Of a stretch of DNA of 64,000 bases, positions 1 to 11,700 are shown one piece after another. This DNA comes from Candidatus Hydrogenedentales bacterium (GTDB taxonomy: Bacteria > Hydrogenedentota > Hydrogenedentia > Hydrogenedentales > GCA-2746185). The stretch covers positions 2,933 through 66,932 of the forward strand of contig JBCLBO010000010.1 of assembly GCA_038916785.1 (NCBI GenBank), read 5' to 3'. A program made the translations under genes and the position numbers. The notes below the pieces were generated by a model. That model did no database searches, was not told where the DNA came from, and saw only the letters and a program-made list of their open reading frames with translations. Every line of letters begins with the position of its first letter. The first letter of the stretch is position 1.

Positions 1-3000
1 CAGTTCCGCAGCTTGCGCGAGTTGCAGCGCGAAGAGCTGTTCGAAGCGCGCATGCAGAACGAGTTTCCGCTGTATGCGCCGTCCGAGGCGGACGGCGTAA
101 CGCGGCGCAATTTCATGCAGGTGATGGGCGCGACGCTGGCGCTGGGCGGGCTGGCTTCGGGTTGTTTGCGCCAGCCCCGTGAAGCGATTCTGCCGTATGT
201 GAAGGCGCCGGAGGATGTCGTTCCGGGCAAGCCGCTGTTCTACGCGACGACGAACGTGCAGGGCGGCTACGCCAAGCCGGTGCTGGCCGAGAGCCACATG
301 GGCCGGCCGACGAAGATCGAGGGACTGCCGGGGCACCCCGCGTCGCTGGGCCGGACCGACGCGCAGACGCAGGCGTCCGTGCTCGATTTGTATGATCCGG
401 ATCGCGCGCAGGCGATTACCCGCGCAGGCATGCCGGCGCTGTGGGACGCGTTTGTGCAGGAGGCGCGCCAGGCGCTGGACGATACGCGGCTCGCGCGCGG
501 TGAAGGCGTGCGGATCCTGACGGGCACGGTGACTTCGCCGTCGCTTGCGGCCATGTTGAACGAATTCATCGCGGCGCATCCGAAGGCGCGCTGGCACCAG
601 TACGAGCCTGCGGGCCGCGACTTCGCGCGCGAAGGCGCGCGGATGGCGTTTGGCGAGTACGTCGATACGATTTACCACTTCGACAAGGCGGACCGGATCG
701 TTTCGCTTGACGCGGACTTCCTCGATCGCGGCCCGGCGAACGTGCGGTATACGGCGGACTACGCGCAGCGCCGCGACGTGGTCGATCATGCCGAAGGAGA
801 CGCCCACCACGCCGAATTGAACCGGCTGTACGCCTTTGAGAGTTCGCCGAGCAACACCGGCGCGGCTGCCGACCACAAATGGGTCGTGCGACCGAGCCAG
901 ATTGAGGCGGTGGCGCGGCGGCTTGCGGCGGCGCTGGGCGTGCCGGCGGCGGTTTCGGACCAGGACGGCCTGGGCGAGTCCGATCGCGGCGATATAGCGA
1001 AGATCGCGGCGGACCTGACGAAGCACAACGGCGCGTCGATCGTGATCGCGGGCGATCACCAGCCGGCGATTGTGCACGCGCTGGCGCACGCGATGAACGA
1101 TGCGCTCGGCGGCGTGGGCGAGACGGTGACCTACATCCAGCCGGTCGAGGCGAACCCGACGAGTCAGATGGCGTCGATCGCCGAACTCGCGGCCGACATG
1201 CGCGACAACAACGTGAAGCTGCTGATCATTGTGGGCGGCAATCCTGTGTACAACGCGCCGGCCGACGTCGATTTCCTCGCGGGCATGAAGAACGTCCCGC
1301 TGCGCGTGGCCGTTGGGGCCTACCTCGACGAGACGGGCGAGAATTGCCACTGGCACATTCCGGCGGCGCACTACCTCGAGACTTGGGGCGATGCGCGCGC
1401 CTTCGACGGCACGGTATCCGTCATTCAGCCGCTGATCGCGCCGCTCTACGATGGACGCTCGCCGCTCGAGGTGCTGTCCGCGCTGATGGACAAGGACCCG
1501 CGATCCGCGCACGACGTCGTCCAGGCGCAATGGAAACAGGACCGCACCGACGCCGAGTTCGACACATTCTGGCGCACGGCGCTTAGCGAGGGCTACGTGA
1601 CCGATACGGCGTTCCGGCCGTATCCGGCGAAGGTCCGCGGCGGGTTCGCGGGCGACTATGCGCCGGCCGCGCTCGGCGCCGACGAATTTGAAGTGGCGAT
1701 TTTGCCCGACTCCGGCGTGGGCGACGGCACCTGGTCGAACAACGCTTGGCTCATGGAATTGCCGCGTCCGCTCTCGAAAATCACGTGGGACAACGCGGTG
1801 TATATCGGGTATTCCACGGCGATAGAGAAGGGCGTCGAAGACGAGGATCTCGTCGAAGTGACGTACAACGGCAAGACGGTCCGCGGACCGATTTCGGTCC
1901 AGCCGGGCCACGCGTCGAACACCGTGACGCTGCACCTGGGCTTTGGCCGGACGCGTTCGGGTAAGGTCTCGAACGACATCGGTTTCAACGTGTACCCGGT
2001 GATGACCACCGCGTCGCCGGCGATTGGGCGCGGCGCGAAAATCAGGAAGTTGGCCGGCAAATATCCGCTGGCGCGCACCGAAGAACATTTCAATATGGAG
2101 AACCGCAATCTGGTCCGCCATGTGACGGCGGAGGCCTTCGCGGCCAACCCGCATCTGGTGCAACACGGCGAGCACGGCACGATTCACAATCCGACCGACG
2201 AACAGACCCTGTACGACCTTAAGGAGAAGAAGTGGGACGGCGACGCCTGGGGCATGACGATCGACCTGAACAGATGCACCGGGTGCAACGCGTGCATCAT
2301 CGCGTGCCAGAGCGAGAACATCATCCCGGTCGTCGGCAAGGTCGAAGTGCGCAAGGGCCGCGAGATGCACTGGATTCGCCTGGATCGGTACTACGACTTG
2401 GGCCACGAGCACAAGTTCAAGAAACTGCCTGAGGCCGAACAGCGCCGCAAGCTGGACAATCCGAAGGTGTACTACCAGCCCGTGCCGTGCATGATGTGTG
2501 AGAACGCGCCCTGCGAGACGGTGTGCCCCGTGGGCGCGACGCAGCACAGCAAAGAAGGCCTGAACGAAATGGTCTACCAACGCTGCATTGGCACGCGCTA
2601 CTGCTCGAACAACTGCCCTTACAAGGTGCGCCGGTTCAACTTCTATCATTACAGCCGGACCCCGCTGGGCACGCGCGGCGACCGCGAGTTCGTCGTCGGG
2701 GTGGACTCCACCCACGTGACGCCGGAAAGCCTCAAGCCGATGCGCAATCCGGACGTGTCGGTGCGGACCCGCGGCGTGATGGAGAAATGCACGTACTGTG
2801 TGCAGCGCATCAACGTCGCGCGGATTGACTCGAAGAAGACCGGCGCGCCGATCCAGGACAGCCAGTTGGTGACGGCGTGCCAGCAGGCCTGCCCGGCCGC
2901 TGCGATCACCTTCGGAAACATCAACAATCCGGAGAGCGCGGTGAGCAAGCTCAAAGCGAGCCACCGGAACTATTCGATACTTGCGGACTTGAACACGCGG

Positions 3001-3081
3001 CCGCGCACGACGTACCTGGCGCGCGTGACCAATCCGAACCCGGACTTGGCGCAGCCGGAACCTGCGGAATCGGAAGCGTAA
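1..3081 (+). CDS. actB: Alternative complex III subunit ActB (molybdopterin-like domain fused to 4Fe-4S ferredoxin-like domain); 5' end cut by window edge
   Basis: Frame is open from base 1 (QFRSLRELQREELF precedes the TTG at 13 and looks like the conserved N-terminus of this family). Tat signal RRNFMQVMGATLALGGLASG. C-terminal Cys clusters CTGCNACIIACQ, CMMCENAPCETVCP, CIGTRYCSNNCPYKVRRFN, CTYCVQR. Followed by an NrfD-like gene. Confidence 0.9.
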   Translation, partial: QFRSLRELQREELFEARMQNEFPLYAPSEADGVTRRNFMQVMGATLALGGLASGCLRQPREAILPYVKAPEDVVPGKPLFYATTNVQGGYAKPVLAESHMGRPTKIEGLPGHPASLGRTDAQTQASVLDLYDPDRAQAITRAGMPALWDAFVQEARQALDDTRLARGEGVRILTGTVTSPSLAAMLNEFIAAHPKARWHQYEPAGRDFAREGARMAFGEYVDTIYHFDKADRIVSLDADFLDRGPANVRYTADYAQRRDVVDHAEGDAHHAELNRLYAFESSPSNTGAAADHKWVVRPSQIEAVARRLAAALGVPAAVSDQDGLGESDRGDIAKIAADLTKHNGASIVIAGDHQPAIVHALAHAMNDALGGVGETVTYIQPVEANPTSQMASIAELAADMRDNNVKLLIIVGGNPVYNAPADVDFLAGMKNVPLRVAVGAYLDETGENCHWHIPAAHYLETWGDARAFDGTVSVIQPLIAPLYDGRSPLEVLSALMDKDPRSAHDVVQAQWKQDRTDAEFDTFWRTALSEGYVTDTAFRPYPAKVRGGFAGDYAPAALGADEFEVAILPDSGVGDGTWSNNAWLMELPRPLSKITWDNAVYIGYSTAIEKGVEDEDLVEVTYNGKTVRGPISVQPGHASNTVTLHLGFGRTRSGKVSNDIGFNVYPVMTTASPAIGRGAKIRKLAGKYPLARTEEHFNMENRNLVRHVTAEAFAANPHLVQHGEHGTIHNPTDEQTLYDLKEKKWDGDAWGMTIDLNRCTGCNACIIACQSENIIPVVGKVEVRKGREMHWIRLDRYYDLGHEHKFKKLPEAEQRRKLDNPKVYYQPVPCMMCENAPCETVCPVGATQHSKEGLNEMVYQRCIGTRYCSNNCPYKVRRFNFYHYSRTPLGTRGDREFVVGVDSTHVTPESLKPMRNPDVSVRTRGVMEKCTYCVQRINVARIDSKKTGAPIQDSQLVTACQQACPAAAITFGNINNPESAVSKLKASHRNYSILADLNTRPRTTYLARVTNPNPDLAQPEPAESEA

Positions 3082-3084
3082 TCC

Positions 3085-4476
3085 ATGGCGACTGCACCGA
3101 AATTCGTAAACGCCGATCGGCCTGAGCTCAAGCCGATCGAACCGTTGCTTCGGCAGCCGCAGAATTACGAGTCGATTTCCGACGCGATCGGGTCGGTTAT
3201 TCTCGAGAAGCCGCAGCCGCTGGGCTGGTGGCTCTCGGCCGCGGTGGGGTTCTTCTTCGTATGCGTGCTGGGCCTCTCGATCACGTACCTGTTCGTGGAA
3301 GGCACGGGCATCTGGGGCATTAACCAGCCGATCGGCTGGGGCTTCGCGATCATCAACCTGGTCTGGTGGATCGGTATCGGCCACGCGGGCACGCTGATCT
3401 CCGCGATCCTCTTGCTGCTTCGGCAGGACTGGCGCAACGCGATCAACCGCTTCGCCGAGGCCATGACGATTTTCGCCGTGGCGTGCGCGGCGATGTTCCC
3501 CTTGCTGCACGCGGGGCGGCCTTGGGTGATTTTCTTCATCCTGCCGTACCCGAACACGCTGGCGCTGTGGCCGAATTTCCGCAGCCCGCTGGCGTGGGAC
3601 GTGTTCGCGATCTCGACCTACGGATCGGTGTCGCTGCTGTTCTGGTACCTCGGGTTGGTGCCGGACTTCGCGATGTTGCGAGACCGCGCGAAGAACCGCT
3701 CGGTGAAGATCATCTACGGGATCATCTCGCTGGGCTGGCGCGGATCGGCCAAGCACTGGCTGCGCTACGAAATGTGTTCCCTGCTGCTCGCGGGCCTCTC
3801 GACGCCGCTGGTGGTCAGTGTGCACAGCATTATCAGCTTCGATTTCGCGATCGGCATCGTGCCCGGCTGGCACACGACGATTTTCCCGCCGTACTTCGTG
3901 GCGGGCGCGATTTACGCCGGGTTCGCGATGGTGCTCACGATCATGCTGCCGGTGCGCCGGTGGTACAAGCTCGAAAGCATCATCACGCTGAACCACATCA
4001 ACAACATATCCAAGCTGATGCTAACGACCTCGCTGATCGTGTGCTACGGGTACTTCGCGGAGGCGTTCTTCGCGTGGTACAGCGGCAACGACTACGAGCG
4101 GTTCATGATGTACAACCGCATGTTCGGGCCGTACTGGCCGGCGTACTGGATGCTGCTGTTCTGCAACTTCCTGGTGCCGCAGTTGCTGTGGTCCGCGCGG
4201 ATTCGCATCAGCGAATGGCCGTTGTGGATCATCACGATCGTCATCGGCTGGGGCATGTGGCTGGAGCGCTACGTGATCGTCGTCACCAGTTTGACGCGCG
4301 ACTTTATGCCGTCGATGTGGGGCACGTATCATGGCACGATTTGGGACTGGGGCACGTACCTCGGCACCTTGGGCTTTTTCGCCTTCTGTATGGCGCTGTT
4401 CATCCGGTTCCTGCCGATGATTGCCGTGCACGAGGTGCGCGTGACGCACCACCAGGCGACGGGCCACGCCCACTGA
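3085..4476 (+). CDS. actC: Alternative complex III subunit ActC (NrfD/PsrC-like polytopic membrane subunit)
   Basis: 463-aa highly hydrophobic multi-TM ORF starting 4 nt after the actB stop; position in the act operon order. Confidence 0.85.
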   Translation: MATAPKFVNADRPELKPIEPLLRQPQNYESISDAIGSVILEKPQPLGWWLSAAVGFFFVCVLGLSITYLFVEGTGIWGINQPIGWGFAIINLVWWIGIGHAGTLISAILLLLRQDWRNAINRFAEAMTIFAVACAAMFPLLHAGRPWVIFFILPYPNTLALWPNFRSPLAWDVFAISTYGSVSLLFWYLGLVPDFAMLRDRAKNRSVKIIYGIISLGWRGSAKHWLRYEMCSLLLAGLSTPLVVSVHSIISFDFAIGIVPGWHTTIFPPYFVAGAIYAGFAMVLTIMLPVRRWYKLESIITLNHINNISKLMLTTSLIVCYGYFAEAFFAWYSGNDYERFMMYNRMFGPYWPAYWMLLFCNFLVPQLLWSARIRISEWPLWIITIVIGWGMWLERYVIVVTSLTRDFMPSMWGTYHGTIWDWGTYLGTLGFFAFCMALFIRFLPMIAVHEVRVTHHQATGHAH

Positions 4477-4488
4477 ACGAAGGGTCAA

Positions 4489-5049
4489 TTGATGAGCTAT
4501 ACACACGACAACGGACCGAAAGTATTCGGGATCGTCGCGGAATATGACGATCCGGGCGCGGTGCTGGGCGCGGCCAAGCGGGCCTACGCGGAGGGCTACC
4601 GCGAGATGGACGCGTACACGCCGTTCCCCGTGCACGGCTTGGCCGAGGCGCTGGGCATGCACAAGACGCGGCTGTCCGCGTTTACGCTGGTGGCCGGCCT
4701 GGCCGGCGCGGCGACGGGATTTTTGATGCAGTACATCGGCAATGTGTTGCATTACCCCTACGACATCGGCGGCAAGCCGGTATTCAGTTGGCCGATGTAC
4801 TTACCGATCACGTTTGAGACGACGATTCTGTTCGCGGCATTTACGACGGGCTTCGCGATGATCCTGCTGAACGGACTGCCGATGCTGTACCACCCGATGT
4901 TCAACGCGAAGAACTTCGATCGCGCGACGAGCGACCGGTTTTTCTTGTGCATCGAGACGAAGGACAAGAAGTTCGACGCGCACAAGACCAGGGACTTCCT
5001 CCAGGGCTTGCAACCGCGGCCGCTCGAGGTGTCGGAGGTGGCGGAATGA
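4489..5049 (+). CDS. actD: Alternative complex III subunit ActD (DUF3341-like)
   Basis: 186 aa; soluble N-terminal half followed by two TM helices (LSAFTLVAGLAGAATGFLMQY; ILFAAFTTGFAMILLNGL); lies between actC and the monoheme subunit. Confidence 0.75.
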   Translation: MMSYTHDNGPKVFGIVAEYDDPGAVLGAAKRAYAEGYREMDAYTPFPVHGLAEALGMHKTRLSAFTLVAGLAGAATGFLMQYIGNVLHYPYDIGGKPVFSWPMYLPITFETTILFAAFTTGFAMILLNGLPMLYHPMFNAKNFDRATSDRFFLCIETKDKKFDAHKTRDFLQGLQPRPLEVSEVAE

Positions 5050-5687
5050 TGCGACGGGTGTTCGCAAAGGCGGCGGGTGCGGCGATTTGCGCGTCGGCGC
5101 TGGCGGGTTGCCACCTCGACATGTGGAACCAGCGGCGTTACGAGGCGCTGGAGAAGGGCGACTTCTTCGGCAAGGGCGAGAGTTCCTCGCGCCTGCCGGT
5201 CGAGGGGACTGTTCCCTACCAGATGGCCAAGCTCGATACGCACTATTACCAGGGCCGGGTGAACGGCGAGCTCGTGGAGGAGTTGCCCGCGCAGGTCCCG
5301 CTCACGGCGGAGCTGATTCAGCGCGGCCATGACCGCTTTGGCATCTACTGCAGCCCGTGCCATGGCCTGACCGGGCACGCCGACGGCATGATCGTCCGCC
5401 GCGGTTTCCCGCAGCCGACGTCCTACTTGGATCAGCGGCTGCTCGAGGCGCCGCTGGGATATTTCTTCGATGTGATGAGCAACGGTTTCGGCCGCATGTA
5501 CAGCTACGCGTCGCGCGTGCCGGTGGAAGACCGCTGGGCGATCGCGGTCTACGTGCGCACGATTCAGTTGAGCCAGAACGCGACGCCGGACCTGTTGCCG
5601 CCCGACGTGCTCGAAGAAGCGCGACGTCCGCAGCCGGGGCAGGAAGCGACAGACGCCGCGGCCGGAGGAGCCAGTCATGAACAGTAA
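5046..5687 (+). CDS. actE: Alternative complex III subunit ActE (monoheme cytochrome c, probable lipoprotein)
   Basis: ATG at 5046 overlaps the actD stop (AATGATG). N-terminal MMRRVFAKAAGAAICASALAGC signal with lipobox-like motif. Single CSPCH heme-c motif. The longer ORF-track start at 4947 overlaps actD and was not used. Confidence 0.8.
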   Translation: MMRRVFAKAAGAAICASALAGCHLDMWNQRRYEALEKGDFFGKGESSSRLPVEGTVPYQMAKLDTHYYQGRVNGELVEELPAQVPLTAELIQRGHDRFGIYCSPCHGLTGHADGMIVRRGFPQPTSYLDQRLLEAPLGYFFDVMSNGFGRMYSYASRVPVEDRWAIAVYVRTIQLSQNATPDLLPPDVLEEARRPQPGQEATDAAAGGASHEQ

Positions 5688-6912
5688 GACGACTCTTCCC
5701 GATCGGCTGGCGCTGCTGCGCACGGCGGGCCCGATCCTGGCGGCGGCGGGGCTTGCGGCGGCGCTCGTGCTCGCACTGGCGTTCGGCCAGATCGAACTGT
5801 TTTTCGAGGCCACGTTCTATTCCTTCTGGATTCTGAATGGGCTGTGCCTGGGTTCGATGGCGCTGATAATGATTCACCATTTGACGGCGGGCGGCTGGAG
5901 TTTCATCGCGCAGCGGGTGTTCGAGGCGTTTACGCGGACCTTGCCGGTGCCCGCCGCAATGTTTGCGGTGGTCTATCTCGGGACGGTTTTCGGCTGGCAC
6001 GGGATGTACGATGCGTGGATTCATCCCGAGAGTCACGCGGTCGAACTCAAACGCGCTTATCTGAATATTCCGTTCTGGAGCGCGCGCGCGGTGTTCTATT
6101 TCACCGTGTGGTTCACCATCATCCACTTCTTCAACAAATGGTCGCGCGACCTCGAGAAGACGGGCGACGCGCTGATCACGCTGAAGTTCCGCGCGTGGGC
6201 GCCGTTCTCGCTGATCGCGTATTGCTTGACGATGACGTTTGCCGCGGTGGACTGGGCGCAGTCGCTCGAGCCGGAGTGGTTCTCGACGATGTACGGGCCG
6301 CTGACGTGGATCAGCCAGGGGCTGACGACCTTTGCGGTGACGACGCTGATCCTCTCGCAGTTGCAGGGCGAAAAGCCGTTGTCGCGCTACATCCACGTCG
6401 ACCACTTCCACATTTTCGGGACCTTCATGTGCGGCTTCATCGTACTCTGGACCTACATGAGCTTCTCGCAGTTCCTGATTATCTGGTCGGGCAACCTGCC
6501 CGAAGAGATCGCGTATTACCTGGACCGGTCGCGCAATCACGTCTACCAGGTCGTGATTGCGATCATGATGCTGGGCCATTTCTTGTTGCCATTCATGGTG
6601 CTCCTGCAACGGCGGATCAAGCGCAACGTGACGACGCTGTGCTGGGTTGCGTTCTGGGTGATCGCGATGCGGCTGGTGGACATCTTCTTCTGGTTCAACC
6701 CGGCATTCCATCCCGGCGACGTGAGCGTGCCGTGGCGCGATATGCTGGTGTACGCGTCGGCGTTGATTGGATTCGGTGGGCTATTCTTCTGGTACTTCCT
6801 GGGCCAGTTGACGCGGATGCCGCTGCTGGCGCTGAACGACCCGAGACTGTACCAGGCGCTGAGCCCGGGCCATGGGCACGGCGCTGCCGAGGAGGCCGCC
6901 GAACATGCATGA
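5677..6912 (+). CDS. actF: Alternative complex III subunit ActF (second NrfD-like membrane subunit)
   Basis: 411-aa polytopic membrane ORF overlapping the actE stop by 11 nt; hydrophobic throughout; ends in a His/Glu/Ala tail SPGHGHGAAEEAAEHA. Confidence 0.8.
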   Translation: MNSKTTLPDRLALLRTAGPILAAAGLAAALVLALAFGQIELFFEATFYSFWILNGLCLGSMALIMIHHLTAGGWSFIAQRVFEAFTRTLPVPAAMFAVVYLGTVFGWHGMYDAWIHPESHAVELKRAYLNIPFWSARAVFYFTVWFTIIHFFNKWSRDLEKTGDALITLKFRAWAPFSLIAYCLTMTFAAVDWAQSLEPEWFSTMYGPLTWISQGLTTFAVTTLILSQLQGEKPLSRYIHVDHFHIFGTFMCGFIVLWTYMSFSQFLIIWSGNLPEEIAYYLDRSRNHVYQVVIAIMMLGHFLLPFMVLLQRRIKRNVTTLCWVAFWVIAMRLVDIFFWFNPAFHPGDVSVPWRDMLVYASALIGFGGLFFWYFLGQLTRMPLLALNDPRLYQALSPGHGHGAAEEAAEHA

Positions 6913-7333
6913 ACACGGACACGGCACGCCCGAACAGAAGGGCTATGAAGTCAGCGACGTCCAGGTAAAGACACTCCTGTATGCGGGGTTGGGGATCGTC
7001 ATCATGACGGCGGTCGCCTACGTGGTCGGGACCTTCACGACGAAGTATTTCCGCGCGCAACCGGCGATCGGCGATTACCGGGCGACGCCAGTAGCGCTCG
7101 AGGAGCAGGACAAACCCTGGGACCTGCCGACGCGGCTGCAAGTCGATCTGCCGGGCGCGCTGGTCGAGTTTCGCGCGGAACAAAATCAGGCCGCGAACAG
7201 CTTTGGTGTGGTGAGCGAGCAGCCGGAGATTTACAGAATCCCGGTGGAAACGGCGATGAAGATCGTGGCGGAGAAGGGCCTTCCGAAGTTTCCCAAAATC
7301 GCGGCCCCCGCGGAAGCAGAGGCCCCGAAGTGA
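6905..7333 (+). CDS. Small single-pass membrane protein of unknown family (occupies the slot of an ActG-type accessory subunit)
   Basis: ATG at 6905 overlaps the actF stop (ATGCATGA). N-terminus MHEHGHGTPEQ. One TM helix LLYAGLGIVIMTAVAYVVGTF. No family recognised. Confidence 0.55.
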   Translation: MHEHGHGTPEQKGYEVSDVQVKTLLYAGLGIVIMTAVAYVVGTFTTKYFRAQPAIGDYRATPVALEEQDKPWDLPTRLQVDLPGALVEFRAEQNQAANSFGVVSEQPEIYRIPVETAMKIVAEKGLPKFPKIAAPAEAEAPK

Positions 7334-8250
7334 CGGCGATGGGGTCCGATAGCGGCCGGCGCGTGCGGCGGGCGATCGCGATCGGTGCGGTGTGCCTGGC
7401 CGGCGCCGCGCGCGCGCAGATCGCGCCTGCGCCCTTCGAGCCGCTGAGTATCACCGGGCCCGATCCGGCCGTGCGGTTCAAGGACATCAAGATTGAGCAG
7501 CACCTGGACGCGCAGGTCCCGCTCGACCTGGTCTTCCGCGACGAAAGCGGCAGCCAGATCGCCTTGGGCGAAGCGATCGACGGCAAGCCGGCGATCATGG
7601 CGCTCGTGTATTACCAGTGCCCCTCGCTGTGCAACGTCGTGCTGAACGGCGTCGAAGGTGTGATCGATGCGATGAAATACGAGATTGGCAAGGACTACTC
7701 GGTGATCACGGTGAGCATCGATCCCAAGGAGACGCCGGAGCTGGCGCGCGCGAAGAAGGCGGCGCACCTCGAGCGCCTCCACCGCGACGGCGCGGAGCAG
7801 GCCTGGCATTTCCTGACGGGCGACGAGGAAGCGATCGAGCGGCTGGCGGGCACGGTGGGGTTCCGCTTCGCGTACGACGCGAAGACCGGGCAGTTTGCCC
7901 ACGCGGGCGGCATCATGGTGCTGACGCCGCAGGGCCGGGTCGCGCGCTATTATTACGGCGCGGAGTACATTCCTCGGGACATTGAGTTCGGTTTGGTCGA
8001 GGCTTCGGCGGGGAAAATCGGCAGCCTGGTGGATCAGTTGACGCTGCTGTGTTTTCGATACGACCCGGCGACGGGACACTACGGTTTCTATGTGATCGGC
8101 GCGATGCGAATCGCGGCCGGGCTCATGGTGGCCGGATTTGCTACGATGTACGCGATCCTTTATTTCAGATCGCGCCGGAATACGCGTGGCGGGGGCGGTG
8201 CGGCGGCGGGTGGGATGCCTGTGCAAGCCGGCCCGCTTCCCCGCGCATGA
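7330..8250 (+). CDS. SCO1/SenC family copper chaperone / thiol-disulfide protein
   Basis: GTG start overlaps the previous stop. N-terminal signal, CPSLC (CxxxC) motif in YYQCPSLCNVVLNG, C-terminal TM segment. Lies between the ACIII and cox genes. Confidence 0.85.
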   Translation: MTAMGSDSGRRVRRAIAIGAVCLAGAARAQIAPAPFEPLSITGPDPAVRFKDIKIEQHLDAQVPLDLVFRDESGSQIALGEAIDGKPAIMALVYYQCPSLCNVVLNGVEGVIDAMKYEIGKDYSVITVSIDPKETPELARAKKAAHLERLHRDGAEQAWHFLTGDEEAIERLAGTVGFRFAYDAKTGQFAHAGGIMVLTPQGRVARYYYGAEYIPRDIEFGLVEASAGKIGSLVDQLTLLCFRYDPATGHYGFYVIGAMRIAAGLMVAGFATMYAILYFRSRRNTRGGGGAAAGGMPVQAGPLPRA

Positions 8251-8267
8251 CCTGAGGCGGCGACGAC

Positions 8268-9257
8268 ATGAATCTGGACAAACTCAATTACCTCTCGAAC
8301 ATCGAAATTTTCCCGATCGGCGCGTCGACCTTTGCCGACAAGGTTGACCCGATGTTTTACTTTCTGTGCGTCCTTTCCATAGTTACGACCGTGGGCTTTT
8401 TCGCTGCGCTGGGTATTCTAGCGGTGGTGTATCGCCGCAAAGAAGGCGAGCCGCGCGAATCGCACCAGCTCCATGCGCCGATGCTGGAAATCATCTGGAC
8501 GGTCGTTCCCTTCTTCATCTTTATCGGGGTGTTCGTGTGGGGCGCCAAGCTCTACGCCGATTACCTGAAGGTGCCGGAGGGTGCGCTCAATATCGACGTG
8601 ATGGGCAAACAATGGATGTGGAAGGTGCAGCATCCGAACGGCGCGCGCGAGGTGAACGACCTGCACGTGCCGATCAACCAGCCGGTCCGCCTCTCGCTTT
8701 CCTCGCAGGACGTCATCCATGACTATGCGATTCACGCGTTTCGCGTCAAGCAGGATGTGATCCCCGGCCGCTTCATGTATCTTTGGTTCGAGGCGACCAA
8801 GCTGGGCACCTACACGATTTTCTGCCAGCAATACTGCGGCACGGAGCACGCGCAAATGGCGGGCCACGTGACCGTGCTCACGCCGGAGGGCTACGCCGAG
8901 TGGCTCTCGGGCGGACCGAAGAAGAGCCCGGTCGAGGCGGGCGAGTTCCTGTTCCAGCAGCGCGGCTGCATCACGTGTCACAGCGGGCTCAAGGACGCCC
9001 GCGGCCCCGATCTCAAGGGTGTGTTCGGGTCGACGGGCAAGATGGTCGACGGCGAGGAAGTGCTGAAGGACGAGAACTACTTGCAGGAGTCGATCCTGTA
9101 TTCGAGCAAGCGCGTCCGCGAAGGGTTCACCCCGCTGATGCCGGCGTTCGCGAACCAGTTGACGGCGGACGACTTGAACAATTTGATCGCGTATATCAAG
9201 TCGTTGGGCGGCGATGCGGCGGTGGACGCCGCGGGCGCGCCGGCGGCGCCGAAATAA
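8268..9257 (+). CDS. coxB: Cytochrome c oxidase subunit II with C-terminal cytochrome c domain (caa3-type)
   Basis: Two N-terminal TM helices, CuA ligand pattern H...CQQYCGTEHAQM, C-terminal CITCH heme-c motif. Confidence 0.9.
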   Translation: MNLDKLNYLSNIEIFPIGASTFADKVDPMFYFLCVLSIVTTVGFFAALGILAVVYRRKEGEPRESHQLHAPMLEIIWTVVPFFIFIGVFVWGAKLYADYLKVPEGALNIDVMGKQWMWKVQHPNGAREVNDLHVPINQPVRLSLSSQDVIHDYAIHAFRVKQDVIPGRFMYLWFEATKLGTYTIFCQQYCGTEHAQMAGHVTVLTPEGYAEWLSGGPKKSPVEAGEFLFQQRGCITCHSGLKDARGPDLKGVFGSTGKMVDGEEVLKDENYLQESILYSSKRVREGFTPLMPAFANQLTADDLNNLIAYIKSLGGDAAVDAAGAPAAPK

Positions 9258-9317
9258 GTCCGGATCGCGCGTAGGGTCCGGAAAACGTATCGAGCATATG
9301 GAGCGAGGCAGACGGCC

Positions 9318-10956
<1,639 letters not shown>

Positions 10957-10964
<8 letters not shown>

Positions 10965-11649
10965 GGCCGCGACACCTCCGGTGACGATGGGGCCGGCCAA
11001 GCCCATTGTGTCCAGCCAATACGTCACGCGCGAGCAGCAGACCGAGACGGCGTTTATCGGGATGTGGCTGTTCCTGATTCAGGAAATTATGTTCTTCGGC
11101 GGGTTGTTCGTGGCCTACGCGGTGTACCGCTACAAGTACCCGGTGACCTGGTACGAGGGCAGCGCGCACCTGAACTACTGGATGGGCGGCGGCAACACGA
11201 TCGTGCTGCTGCTGAGCAGCGTGACGATGGCGACGACGGTGTACGCCACGCAGAGCGGCAAGCGCCGGATGCAATTGTGGAACCTGTTTTTCACGCTGGT
11301 GCTCGGCACGGTGTTCCTCGTGGTCAAGTTCTTCGAGTACCGCGAGAAATTTGACCATGGCCTGTGGCCGGGCTGGAACTGGAACCCGGACCCGCTCGGG
11401 TTCACCGATCCCTCGCACGCGCAACTGTTCTTCATCCTGTATTTCATCATGAGCGGCATGCACGCATTCCACATGATCATCGGCATCGTGATCGGCGCGA
11501 TTTTCTGGTACCTGTGCTATAAGCGCGAGTACGGTCCCAACAAGTATCTGCCGGTCGAGATGTTCGGGTTCTACTGGCACTTCGTCGATATCGTGTGGGT
11601 GTTCCTGTTCCCGATGCTCTACCTGGTCAGCGCGCCCGGCGCGCACTGA
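10957..11649 (+). CDS. coxC: Cytochrome c oxidase subunit III
   Basis: ATG overlaps the coxA stop; 230-aa multi-TM protein; C-terminal [14 protein letters not shown] motif typical of subunit III. Confidence 0.85.
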
Positions 11650-11700
11650 TCCGGGTGCGGCGGGCGGCGGACCAGAAGCGACCGAGAGGTATAGAGACCC

